NCBI GenBank assembly: GCA_031364525.1
Contig: JANLWM010000185.1
Span: 1 to 25,727 of the forward strand
Origin: Chloroflexota bacterium
Lineage (GTDB): Bacteria > Chloroflexota > Limnocylindria > P2-11E
Length of the DNA stretch: 25,727 nucleotides
Reading direction: 5' to 3'
A model generated the notes under the pieces. It saw only the letters and a list, made by a program, of their open reading frames with translations. It was not told where the DNA came from and searched no databases. The position numbers and the translations under genes were made by a program. Within the stretch, counting starts at the first letter, position 1. The number at the start of each line of letters is the position of its first letter. Shown here in pieces: positions 1-8,327 of this stretch.

Positions 1-712
1 ATGCAGTGAATCCGACCAGCGAGCCGAACACGACGAGGTACCCCATCGCGAGGAGCGAGCTGGTGGACCAGGTCGCCGGCTCGAGATGAGAGAGCTCCCC
101 CATCGCGGCACCGAACACCAGCAGGACCACGCCGCCGGCGAGCTGCTGGACGCCGGTCGAAAGCAGAGCGTTCCGGGGCATCCGCAGGCGCGGCGCGAGG
201 AACGTGCCGGTGGCCCAGGACATCGTGGCGACGAGGAGCAGCAGCACGCCGCCGGTGTCGACCGCGCCCGTCGAGCCGCGTGGTACGACCAGGAAGGCGA
301 CGCCCGCGAACCCCACCGCGACACCAACGAACGTGGAGAGATGGATGCGGTCGCCCGCGACGCGACGGAGGATCACGATCCAGAGCGGAACGGACGCGAC
401 GATGAGCGCGGTGAGGCCGGAAGGGACGGTGCGTTCCGCCAGGACCACGAAGCCATTCCCGCCGACGATGAGCAGCAGGCCCACGGTCGCGGCGGCGGCG
501 AGGTGGCCGCGCTCGAGGCGGACGCCCCGCCGGGCAGCGGCGAGGGCGAGGAGCGCCAGACCGGCGACACAGAACCGGAGTCCGGCCGAGAACAACGGCG
601 GCAACGTCTGCACGGCGATCGCGATCGCGAGGTACGTCGAACCCCAGATGACGTACACGGCGCCGAGGGCTGTCCAGATCGCGAGTGGTGACGCGTTCCG
701 GCTCGTCGACAT
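1..712 (-). CDS. EamA/DMT family transporter (YedA-like), 3' end runs off the window
   Basis: Not in the ORF track; translated by hand. ATG at 712 gives MSTSRNASPLAIWTALGAVYVIWGSTYLAIAI, and the edge reads ...SLLAMGYLVVFGSLVGFTA. Both segments match YedA-type EamA repeats. Confidence 0.88.
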   Translation of the reverse strand, partial: MSTSRNASPLAIWTALGAVYVIWGSTYLAIAIAVQTLPPLFSAGLRFCVAGLALLALAAARRGVRLERGHLAAAATVGLLLIVGGNGFVVLAERTVPSGLTALIVASVPLWIVILRRVAGDRIHLSTFVGVAVGFAGVAFLVVPRGSTGAVDTGGVLLLLVATMSWATGTFLAPRLRMPRNALLSTGVQQLAGGVVLLVFGAAMGELSHLEPATWSTSSLLAMGYLVVFGSLVGFTA

Positions 713-805
713 CACGTCGATGCTATCGGCCGCGATTCACCGCGGTCCCGGTGAAGGTGGCCGGCATGGGCCTTTCCCGTCCGCGCCTGCGCCACGCTCG
801 ATACC

Positions 806-811
806 TAGACT
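806..811 (+). promoter_or_regulatory. Putative -10 element (TAGACT) for a leaderless acyl-CoA dehydrogenase mRNA
   Basis: TAnnnT hexamer 7 nt before ATG 819, with no Shine-Dalgarno sequence in between. Confidence 0.6.
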
Positions 812-818
812 GACGTCG

Positions 819-1973
819 ATGGACTACGACCTCTCCCCCGAGCAGGAAGAGATCCGCAAGCTCGCGCGGGACTTCTCGGACCGTGAGATCGCGCCGGGCG
901 CCCGAGAGCGCGATCGGACCGAGTCCTTTCCGGCCGACGTGCTGAAGAAGATGGCGCCGCTCGGCCTTCTCGGGGGCCCGATCCCCGAGGAATACGGTGG
1001 TCACGGTCTCGACTACATCTCCCACGCGCTCGTGACCGAAGAGATCGGGCGGGCGGACTCGTCCGTCCGGACGACCCTCTCGGTCCAGATCTCCCTTGTC
1101 GAGCTCACGATCCTCAAGTGGGGCACCGAGGCGCAGAAGAAGCAGTACCTGCCCCGGCTCTGCAGCGGCGAGGTCATCGGCTGCTTCGGTCTCACCGAGC
1201 CCGAAGTGGGCAGCGATGCGACGAAGCTCCGCACGACCGCCACGCGTGACGGCACGGACTGGATCCTGCGCGGCCGCAAGATGTGGATCAGCAACGGAAG
1301 CGTGAGCGGTCTCGCGCTCGTGTTCGCGCAGACCGATGCGACGAAAGGTCACAAGGGCATCGTCGCTTTCCTTCTCGATCGGGCCAAGCAGCCGTATGGC
1401 AGCCAGGGCCTACACGGGAAGCTCGGTCTCCGTTCGAGCGATTCGTCCGAGCTCATCCTCGACGACGTCCGGGTCCCGGACGCCAACCGCCTGGGCGAGG
1501 TCGGTGACGGCTTCAGGATCGCGATGAGCGCGCTCGATTCCGGCCGGTACTCCGTCGCCGCAGGCGCGGTCGGGGTCGCCCAGGCCTGCATCGACGCCTC
1601 GGTGAGGTACGCGACGCAGCGCAAGACCTTCGGCAAGCCGATCGCCGGCCATCAGCTCGTCGCCGAGATGATCGCCGACATGGTGGTCGAGACGGAGGCG
1701 GCGCGGCTCCTCGTGTGGCGCGCCGGCGATCTCAAGAACAAGGGTCGCCCGAACACCCGCGAGACCAGCATCGCGAAGCTCTATGCCACGGAGGCCGCCC
1801 AACGCGCAGCCGACAACGCGATCCAGATCCACGGCGGCTACGGCTTCTCGGATGAGTTCCCGGTGGAGCGCTACTGGCGCGACGCGCGGGTGAACCGGCT
1901 CTACGAGGGAACGACCCAGATCCAGAAGCTCATCATCAGCCGATTCGCGACCGGCATCGACGCCATTTCCTGA
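819..1973 (+). CDS. Acyl-CoA dehydrogenase (384 aa)
   Basis: Start trimmed from 204 to MDYDLSPEQ. Motifs: CFGLTEPEVGSDA, GRKMWISNG, RKTFGKPI, QIHGGYGF and the catalytic YEGT. Confidence 0.95.
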   Translation: MDYDLSPEQEEIRKLARDFSDREIAPGARERDRTESFPADVLKKMAPLGLLGGPIPEEYGGHGLDYISHALVTEEIGRADSSVRTTLSVQISLVELTILKWGTEAQKKQYLPRLCSGEVIGCFGLTEPEVGSDATKLRTTATRDGTDWILRGRKMWISNGSVSGLALVFAQTDATKGHKGIVAFLLDRAKQPYGSQGLHGKLGLRSSDSSELILDDVRVPDANRLGEVGDGFRIAMSALDSGRYSVAAGAVGVAQACIDASVRYATQRKTFGKPIAGHQLVAEMIADMVVETEAARLLVWRAGDLKNKGRPNTRETSIAKLYATEAAQRAADNAIQIHGGYGFSDEFPVERYWRDARVNRLYEGTTQIQKLIISRFATGIDAIS

Positions 1974-2290
1974 TGACCATGCGTTGGGACGGTAACGCGG
2001 AGCGCACGCTGCGCTCGCTCGCGGACATGGTGCCCGCGACCTTACGCGAGCTCGCGAGCGCGGCGGCCCGCGACGAAAGCGAGCTGGTCGCATCGGATCG
2101 CGAGGCGGTCGAGGTCATGACCGAGGACGTCGTGCGTGGGTGGATCCGGACGACGCCGCCGGAACAGCGGAACGGGCTCGTCGCGGTGATCGACAGCCTT
2201 GGCTTCGACGTCGAGCTCTTCGCCGAGGACCTTCAATCCGCGGAAGGCTGGGATGATGACGGCGGTGAGGACGACACCGAGGCGAGGTGA
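1973..2290 (+). CDS. Small acidic protein, DUF2621/PCP_red-like
   Basis: TGATG overlap with the dehydrogenase stop. W-x3-AERTLRSLADMVPATLRELA and VVRGWIRTTP resemble DUF2621 and the BchB C-terminal domain as I recall them. Confidence 0.6.
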   Translation: MTMRWDGNAERTLRSLADMVPATLRELASAAARDESELVASDREAVEVMTEDVVRGWIRTTPPEQRNGLVAVIDSLGFDVELFAEDLQSAEGWDDDGGEDDTEAR

Positions 2291-3114
2291 GATCGCTCGC
2301 GGCGCGCGAGGGCTTCACCGATCGTCTCGGGTGCCGCGGCCATCGCCAGCGTGAACGTCTCGCGCGCGTCATCGATCGCGCCGAGCTCGCGTAGCGCGAC
2401 GCCCCCGAGATAGCCGAGGAACGAGCGCTCGTCCGGAGCGAGCAGCACGAACCGATCTTCAGCCTCGCGTAGCCGGGCCTGCACGGTCCCCGGATCGCCG
2501 CAGTGCGCAGCTGCGATCGCCTGAAGGGTCATGGCCATCGCGGCCCGCGATGGCGTATCCGCCGGGAGCGTGTTCGCGAGCTCCGCGCCGCGGGCGCGGT
2601 CGCCGCCGAGCGCGACGAGCTCGGCCCACGCGAGGGCCAGGGCGACATCCGGATCGCCTGGCCGGAGGGCCGCCGAACGCCGGGCATCGCCGGCCTTGTT
2701 CAGGGCCGCGTACGCCGCCACGAGCGTCACCACCACGGGGCGGTCGCGGTGCGACCGTGCCGCGGTCTCGAGCAGGCTCGCGGCAGAGAGGGGGTCGCCG
2801 CTCGGGTAGAGGACGAGCCCCGCGAGGCGCTGGACCGGCGGGAAAGCCGGATACCGATCGAGGAGCGGCGCGGCGACGGCCCGAGCCGCGGGCAGGTCGC
2901 CAGCGCGGAGCGCCTGCTCGCCGCGCGCGAGCGTGGCGAGGAATCGGGCGTGGCGGACCAGGTACGCGACAAGGCCCGCGGCGAACCAGCCGGCGGCGAT
3001 CAGCGCGACCTGCGGCGAGTCGAGTGAGCCCAGACCGCGGAGGCCGACCGCCACCAGCAGGAGGACGAACGCCGCCAGCCAGACGGCCCGGATGACCGGA
3101 TGGCTGCCCGGCAT
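2233..3114 (-). CDS. Membrane-anchored TPR-like helical repeat protein
   Basis: Two N-terminal hydrophobic helices followed by Ala/Leu-rich TPR-like repeats (ALRAGDLPAARAVAAPLLDRYP..., RELGAIDDARETFTLAM). Start chosen at MPGSHP; ATG 3165 is an alternative. Confidence 0.65.
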   Translation of the reverse strand: MPGSHPVIRAVWLAAFVLLLVAVGLRGLGSLDSPQVALIAAGWFAAGLVAYLVRHARFLATLARGEQALRAGDLPAARAVAAPLLDRYPAFPPVQRLAGLVLYPSGDPLSAASLLETAARSHRDRPVVVTLVAAYAALNKAGDARRSAALRPGDPDVALALAWAELVALGGDRARGAELANTLPADTPSRAAMAMTLQAIAAAHCGDPGTVQARLREAEDRFVLLAPDERSFLGYLGGVALRELGAIDDARETFTLAMAAAPETIGEALARRERSHLASVSSSPPSSSQPSAD

Positions 3115-3136
3115 GGACGCTTTCAGCACGGTGGGC

Positions 3137-3207
3137 TTCTCCACAGGAAACGCCTCTCTTGGCATCCAGAGGGGGCTTTATCCACCGAATTCGGTCGCTT
3201 ATCCACA
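3137..3207 (+). promoter_or_regulatory. Cluster of three co-oriented DnaA-box-like 9-mers
   Basis: TTCTCCACA at 3137-3145, TTATCCACC at 3178-3186 and a perfect TTATCCACA at 3199-3207, in a mostly intergenic gap. Confidence 0.62.
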
Positions 3208-3256
3208 CTCGGAGCCGTTCGCGACGGGTGGGCCGTCCGAAAGTCGTCCAGCAGTT

Positions 3257-4402
3257 TTAGGCGTCGGAGAGGAGCCCGGCGGCGATCACGACCCGCTGGA
3301 TCTCGCTGGTGCCCTCATAGATGCGGTAGATCCGGGCATCCCGGTACGCCCGTTCGATCCAAAGCTCGCGCATGTAGCCCATGCCACCGTGCACCTGGAC
3401 CGCCGCGTCGGCCACCCGGCCGAGGAGCTCGGTGGCGTAGAGCTTCGTCATCGCTGCGCGATCGGTGATGCGCTCGCCCCGGTCGGCGCGTGAGGCAGCG
3501 TCATAGACCAGGAGGCGCGCACCGTGGATGCCGATGGCGGCGTCGGCGAGCAGCCACTGGATGGCCTGGTGGACCGCGATCGGCTTCCCGAACTGGACCC
3601 GGGCCTTTGCGTATGCGACCGAGGCCTCGAGGAGGTGCTGCGCCGCGCCGACCGCGTGGGCGGCCAGCCCGAGCCGGCCAAGGTCGAGCGTCCGAAGCGC
3701 GATCTTGAATCCACCGCCGTCCTCGCCGATGCGCCGATCGGCCGGCACGCGCATCTCGTGGAAGTAGAGCTGCGCGGTCGTCGATCCGTGGAGTCCCATC
3801 TTCTCATCGTTCGGACCGATCTCGAGACCGGGCGTGTCGCGCTCGACGACGAACGCGGTGATCGCCTTCGAGCCGGCCGAACGGTCGAGCGTCGCGAACA
3901 CGGTGAACAGGTCGGCGATCGGCGCGTTCGTGATGAATGTCTTCGCCCCATCGATCACGTAGGCGTCGCCGTCGCGGCGCGCAGTGGTCCGGAGGCCGCC
4001 GGCGTCGCTCCCCGCTCCGGGCTCCGATAGGCCATAGGCGCCGATCCGCTTGGCGGACAGAAGGTCCGGAAGGTATCGGGACCGCAGCCCGTCCGGGCCA
4101 CCGATGTCGATCGCCGTGCCGCAGAGACCCGCGGATCCTCCGATCACGTTCCACAGCGACGCGTTCGCGCGTGCAAGCTGCTCCACCGCAACGCAGTACC
4201 CCAGCTTCCCGAAGCCCTGCCCTCCCACCTCTTCGCGGAAGCCGATGCCGAAGAGACCCATCCCGGCCATCGCGTCGATGACCGCACGCGGGATCGCGTC
4301 GGCCTGCTCGATCGTCTCCGCGTGGGGCAGGAGCTTCTCCTCCACGAACGCGCGGACGCTGCGCTGGAGGAGGAGCAGCTCCTCGGGAAGGGAGAAGTCC
4401 AT
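3257..4402 (-). CDS. Acyl-CoA dehydrogenase (381 aa)
   Basis: Motifs: AYGLSEPGAGSDA, GAKTFITNA, RVQFGKPI, QVHGGMGY and the catalytic YEGTSEIQR. Confidence 0.95.
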   Translation of the reverse strand: MDFSLPEELLLLQRSVRAFVEEKLLPHAETIEQADAIPRAVIDAMAGMGLFGIGFREEVGGQGFGKLGYCVAVEQLARANASLWNVIGGSAGLCGTAIDIGGPDGLRSRYLPDLLSAKRIGAYGLSEPGAGSDAGGLRTTARRDGDAYVIDGAKTFITNAPIADLFTVFATLDRSAGSKAITAFVVERDTPGLEIGPNDEKMGLHGSTTAQLYFHEMRVPADRRIGEDGGGFKIALRTLDLGRLGLAAHAVGAAQHLLEASVAYAKARVQFGKPIAVHQAIQWLLADAAIGIHGARLLVYDAASRADRGERITDRAAMTKLYATELLGRVADAAVQVHGGMGYMRELWIERAYRDARIYRIYEGTSEIQRVVIAAGLLSDA

Positions 4403-4846
4403 TTAGGGGCGCGCCGCCCAGGACCGTGCGGCCTCGAGCGCCGCGCGGAGGCCGGCGGGGATGCGCGTGGCCCGGCGGGTATGCGGGTCGATGATCACCT
4501 GCACCGTCGAGCCGATCGCGCAGCGCTGCCCGTCGGACCGATCGAAGGCGTACTCGAAGACCCACGACGAGCCGCGGACCTCCCCCACCCGAACGCGGAT
4601 GTCGTACTCGTCGTCGAACCGCAGCGGCGCCTGGTATCTGACGCTCGCCTCTCCGATGGTGAAGTCGACGCCGTTCGCGATGAGATCACGTGCGTAGTCG
4701 ACACCGAGCTCGCGGAGGTATGCGACGCGCCCGACCTCCGCGAAGAGGAGGTAGTTGGCGTAGTAGACGACCCCTTGCATGTCCGTTTCGCCGAACCGCA
4801 CCCGCTGGCGGTGCGCGAACGGATAGTCAGGCGCGGCAGTCGTCAC
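4403..4846 (-). CDS. Acyl-CoA thioesterase, YbgC/FadM (4HBT hotdog) family
   Basis: RVRFGETDMQGVVYYANYLLFAEVGR motif. GTG start at 4846; the stop abuts the next ATG. Confidence 0.9.
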   Translation of the reverse strand: MTTAAPDYPFAHRQRVRFGETDMQGVVYYANYLLFAEVGRVAYLRELGVDYARDLIANGVDFTIGEASVRYQAPLRFDDEYDIRVRVGEVRGSSWVFEYAFDRSDGQRCAIGSTVQVIIDPHTRRATRIPAGLRAALEAARSWAARP

Positions 4847-4894
4847 GGACCGCGAGGGTAAAGGCTTGGCACGGCTTCTGCTCGACCACTGGAC

Positions 4895-5323
4895 ATGAGA
4901 ACGACACATGATCCTGACGTCAATGAGACCGAGATCCTTGAGCGGCGGCCGGTGGCCCGCAGCGAACGGGTGACGGAGATCACGGCCCCCGTCGCGACGC
5001 GCCAGGTCAACGTGAACGCGAGCCCCCACGCGCCCGTCTGGACCGTCACCCGCGTGATCACGCTCCTGTTCACCGTGATCGAGGTCCTGCTGCTCGTTCG
5101 CTTCGGGCTCAAGCTCCTCGGTGCCAACGCCGGTCAGGCCCTGGTGGCATCGCTCTACGCGATCACGGAGCCGCTGACCCGGCCGTTCCAGGGGATCTGG
5201 CCGCAGGTGACCACACCGGTGGTGTTCGACCTGCCGGCTCTGCTCGCGATCGTCTTCTTCTTCATGGTCGCGGCGCTGATGGTCGCGGTCGTTCGGGCGA
5301 TCCTCGGGAGCCGGCCCGCCTAG
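4895..5323 (+). CDS. YggT family membrane protein
   Basis: VLLLVRFGLKLLGAN...LYAITEPLTRPFQGI...FDLPALLAIV matches the YggT signature. Confidence 0.8.
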   Translation: MRTTHDPDVNETEILERRPVARSERVTEITAPVATRQVNVNASPHAPVWTVTRVITLLFTVIEVLLLVRFGLKLLGANAGQALVASLYAITEPLTRPFQGIWPQVTTPVVFDLPALLAIVFFFMVAALMVAVVRAILGSRPA

Positions 5324-7260
5324 ATCGCCCCTGCGGCCCCGATCGAGCGGATCTCAGCGAGCGCCGTTGGGTCCTCGAGCGACGAGGTGTCGCCGAGATC
5401 GCTCTTGCCGAGGTACGCGCCGCGGATCAGCCGCCGGAGGATCTTCCCGTTGCGGGTCTTGGGCAGCTGAAGGACGAACCGCACCGCCTTGGGCCGGAGC
5501 GGCTTGCCCAGCTGCTGCGCGATGCTGTCTGAGACCCGTCGCTCGAGCGCGCCGTCCACCGTCTGGCCCGGCTTTGGGATGGCGAAGACCACGATCGCCT
5601 CGCCCTTCAGCTCGTCGGGCACGCCGATCGCGGCCGCCTCGCTCACCACGCCGCTCGCGACCGCCGCCGACTCGACCTCGGCGGGACCGACGCGCTTGCC
5701 GGCGATCTTCAGCGTGTCGTCGCTCCGGCCCTCGATGTACCAGAACCCGTCGCCATCAACGCGGGCCCAGTCGCCGTGCACCCAGGTGTCCGGCCAACGT
5801 CCCCAGTAGGTCTCGAGGTAGCGCTCGCGATCCTTCCAGAAGCCTCGCGTCATGCCGGGCCACGGCTTGCGGATGACGAGCTCGCCGACGGTCCCGCGCA
5901 CGGAGTGGCCCTGATCGTTGACGACATCCGCGGCCATCCCGGGGATCGGTCCGCGGAACGAGCCGGGTTGGATGTCGGTCCAGGTCGTGCATCCGATGAT
6001 GCCGCCACCGATCTCGGTGCCGCCGGAGTAGTTGATGATCGGACAGCGCCCGTCGCCGATCGTTCGGAAGTACCACCACCACGGGTCCGGGTTCCATGGC
6101 TCCCCGGTGCTCGCGAGGACGAACAGGCTCGACCGGTCGTGCTTCAGCGCCGGCCCTTCGCCGGCACGCATGAGCCCGCGGATCGCGGTCGGCGAGATCC
6201 CGAGGTGCGTCACCTTGTGCCGCTCGACCATCGACCAGAGCCGCGACTCATCGGGAAAGTCCGGCGTGCCGTCGTACAGCACGATCGTCGCGCCGAGCAT
6301 GAGCCCCCCGGCAATGAGCCAGGGACCCATCATCCAGCCGATGTCGGTGAACCAGAACACGACGTCGTTGTCCTGCACGTCCATGCAATGGGCCAGGTCC
6401 TGCGCCGCCTTCACCGGGAAGCCGCCGTGGACGTGGACCGCGCCCTTCGGCCGGCCCGTCGTCCCGGACGTGTAGATGATCATGAACGGGTCCTCCGCCG
6501 AGGTGTCGTCCCATGACGTGAGCGGAGGATCGCCACGACGGATGACCTCGGCCCATGCCACGTCGCGATCGCGTTTCGGACATTCGCGCCCGAGGCGCTC
6601 CGCGACGATGACGGTCTTCACCGTCGGGGCCCCATCGACGGCGGCATCGGCCGTCTCCTTCATCGGGACGACCGAACCGCGGCGGTGGAACCCATCGGCG
6701 CAGATGAGGACCGAGGCGTCGCAGTCCCGCAGCCGCCCGGCGATCGCCTCGGCACCGTAGCCGGAGAAGATCGGGATGTAGACGCCGCCGATCGCGCCCA
6801 CCGCGAGCACGGCGACGACGCACTCGACGCCCATGGGCAGGAAGATGCCGACGCGGTCCCCCTTCTTCACGCCGACGGTCCGGAGGCCCGCGGCGAATCG
6901 GGCCACATCTGCGCGCAGCTCGCCGTATGTACGCCGCTCGACCGTACCGTCCTCGCGCTCGGCGACCAGGGCGACCCGCTGCTGATCACGATCGGTCCGG
7001 AGCGCGGTGTCGACGTAATTCATGCGGCCATCCGTCCACCAGGTCGTCCACGGAACGCCCTTCGACGTGTCCATCACCCGCGTGTACGGCGTGGTCCAGA
7101 CGAGGCCGAGGTCGGCATCGACCGAGCGCCAGAAACGCTCGAGGTCATCGGTCGCCCAGGTCAGGAGCGCGTCGTAGTCGGTGATGCCGTTGGTCTTCGC
7201 GAACCGCTTGAGGCGGCTGCGGTCCAGGTAGCGCTTCGTCGGGGACCAGGCTACGGGCAC
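5320..7260 (-). CDS. AMP-forming acyl-CoA synthetase (acetyl/acetoacetyl-CoA synthetase-like subfamily)
   Basis: Motifs: YTSGTTGRPKG P-loop, INYSGGTE, GRSDD and the C-terminal LPKTRNGKILRR. GTG start. Confidence 0.93.
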   Translation of the reverse strand: MPVAWSPTKRYLDRSRLKRFAKTNGITDYDALLTWATDDLERFWRSVDADLGLVWTTPYTRVMDTSKGVPWTTWWTDGRMNYVDTALRTDRDQQRVALVAEREDGTVERRTYGELRADVARFAAGLRTVGVKKGDRVGIFLPMGVECVVAVLAVGAIGGVYIPIFSGYGAEAIAGRLRDCDASVLICADGFHRRGSVVPMKETADAAVDGAPTVKTVIVAERLGRECPKRDRDVAWAEVIRRGDPPLTSWDDTSAEDPFMIIYTSGTTGRPKGAVHVHGGFPVKAAQDLAHCMDVQDNDVVFWFTDIGWMMGPWLIAGGLMLGATIVLYDGTPDFPDESRLWSMVERHKVTHLGISPTAIRGLMRAGEGPALKHDRSSLFVLASTGEPWNPDPWWWYFRTIGDGRCPIINYSGGTEIGGGIIGCTTWTDIQPGSFRGPIPGMAADVVNDQGHSVRGTVGELVIRKPWPGMTRGFWKDRERYLETYWGRWPDTWVHGDWARVDGDGFWYIEGRSDDTLKIAGKRVGPAEVESAAVASGVVSEAAAIGVPDELKGEAIVVFAIPKPGQTVDGALERRVSDSIAQQLGKPLRPKAVRFVLQLPKTRNGKILRRLIRGAYLGKSDLGDTSSLEDPTALAEIRSIGAAGAI

Positions 7261-7266
7261 ACCCCG

Positions 7267-7284
7267 ACTCTAGCGACGTATCGT
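7267..7284. promoter_or_regulatory. Back-to-back putative -10 elements for two leaderless genes
   Basis: TAGAGT (minus strand, 7267-7272) lies 6 nt before GTG 7260. TATCGT (plus strand, 7279-7284) lies 7 nt before ATG 7292. The intergenic gap is only 31 bp. Confidence 0.55.
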
Positions 7285-7291
7285 TCGGCAC

Positions 7292-8320
7292 ATGCCCGCC
7301 AAGAAGACCGCGACCGCGACCCGGGGTGGCAGGGGCGGAGCCCCTGCGAAGAACAAGACCGTCAAGCGCACGACGAAGAAGCGGGGGCCCGCTGCGCCAC
7401 GCGGTCCGGAGGCGCTCGAGAGCGCCATCGACCTCGGGGACGAACGCGTGGCCGACCTCGTGAAGCGCGTGACCAAGGCCGGCGGCGCCACGCTCGCGGC
7501 ATACCGGGATCCGTATGGCGGATCGCCGCTGCTCCTCGCCAGCCTGCCGCTGCGGTCGATCGAGGCAACGGAATTCCAGCGTGATCTGTCGAAGGTCCAC
7601 GCGGACCGGCTCTCGGACGCGATCGGCGCCGTGGGCGTGTTCCTGGATCCGGTGATCGCGGTCGCGGGCAAGGATGGCTTCACCTCACCGAATGGCCGTC
7701 ATCGGCTTGCTGCGGCGAAGAAGCTCGGCCTGCGAAGCGTGACCGCACTCGTCGTCACCGATCCACAGATCGCGTACCGGATCCTGCCGCTGAACACGGA
7801 GAAGGCCCACAACCTGCGGGACCGGAGCATGGAGGTCATCCGCATGGCCCGCTCGCTGGCGAAGGAGCAGCCGCGCTCGAAGGAGAAGGATCATGCCGTC
7901 GCCTTCGAAGCAGCGCACTTCCTGACGCTGGGCACGGCCTACGAGGAGCGCGGCCGGTTCGCCGGCTCCTCCTATCAGTCCATGCTGCGCCGGGTCGATG
8001 TGTTCCTCGATGGGACGCTGCCCGCGGCGCTGCGTCAGCGCGATCAGTGGGGCCGGCGGCTGCTCGACATCGATGACCGCGTCGCCGCACACGTGAAGAC
8101 GTTGCAGGAGATGGGCTTCAAGAGCCCGTACCTTCGCGCGGTCGTCGTCGCGCGTTGCAATCCGGTGCGCTGGATCCCGCAGAAGCGGGGTGCGCCGCCG
8201 CCGATGTCGATGGCCGAGGCCCTGGGGAAGATGGCGGCGAGCGTTCGCAAGTTCGATCCGAAGTCGGTCCGGGCCGGTGATCTCGCGCTTGTCGCGGCCG
8301 TCAGCTCGGACGAAGGGTAG
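7292..8320 (+). CDS. ParB/Sulfiredoxin N-terminal domain protein (orphan ParB-like)
   Basis: IEATEFQRDLS...LSDAIGAVGVFLDPVIAV...PNGRHRLAAAKKLG matches the ParBc fold with a GxxR-type motif. It has a basic N-terminal tail and no adjacent parA. Confidence 0.75.
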   Translation: MPAKKTATATRGGRGGAPAKNKTVKRTTKKRGPAAPRGPEALESAIDLGDERVADLVKRVTKAGGATLAAYRDPYGGSPLLLASLPLRSIEATEFQRDLSKVHADRLSDAIGAVGVFLDPVIAVAGKDGFTSPNGRHRLAAAKKLGLRSVTALVVTDPQIAYRILPLNTEKAHNLRDRSMEVIRMARSLAKEQPRSKEKDHAVAFEAAHFLTLGTAYEERGRFAGSSYQSMLRRVDVFLDGTLPAALRQRDQWGRRLLDIDDRVAAHVKTLQEMGFKSPYLRAVVVARCNPVRWIPQKRGAPPPMSMAEALGKMAASVRKFDPKSVRAGDLALVAAVSSDEG

Positions 8321-8327
8321 GGCCGGA

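Noticed and set aside
86-691. 201-aa plus-strand ORF and the 204-818 extension of the dehydrogenase ORF
   Set aside because: Antisense shadow of the EamA gene. The composition is uninformative and the real dehydrogenase start is at 819.
3115-3256. Calling the DnaA-box gap the replication origin
   Set aside because: Only three boxes, no clear AT-rich unwinding element or DnaA-trio run, and no dnaA or dnaN. Kept only as a DnaA-box cluster.
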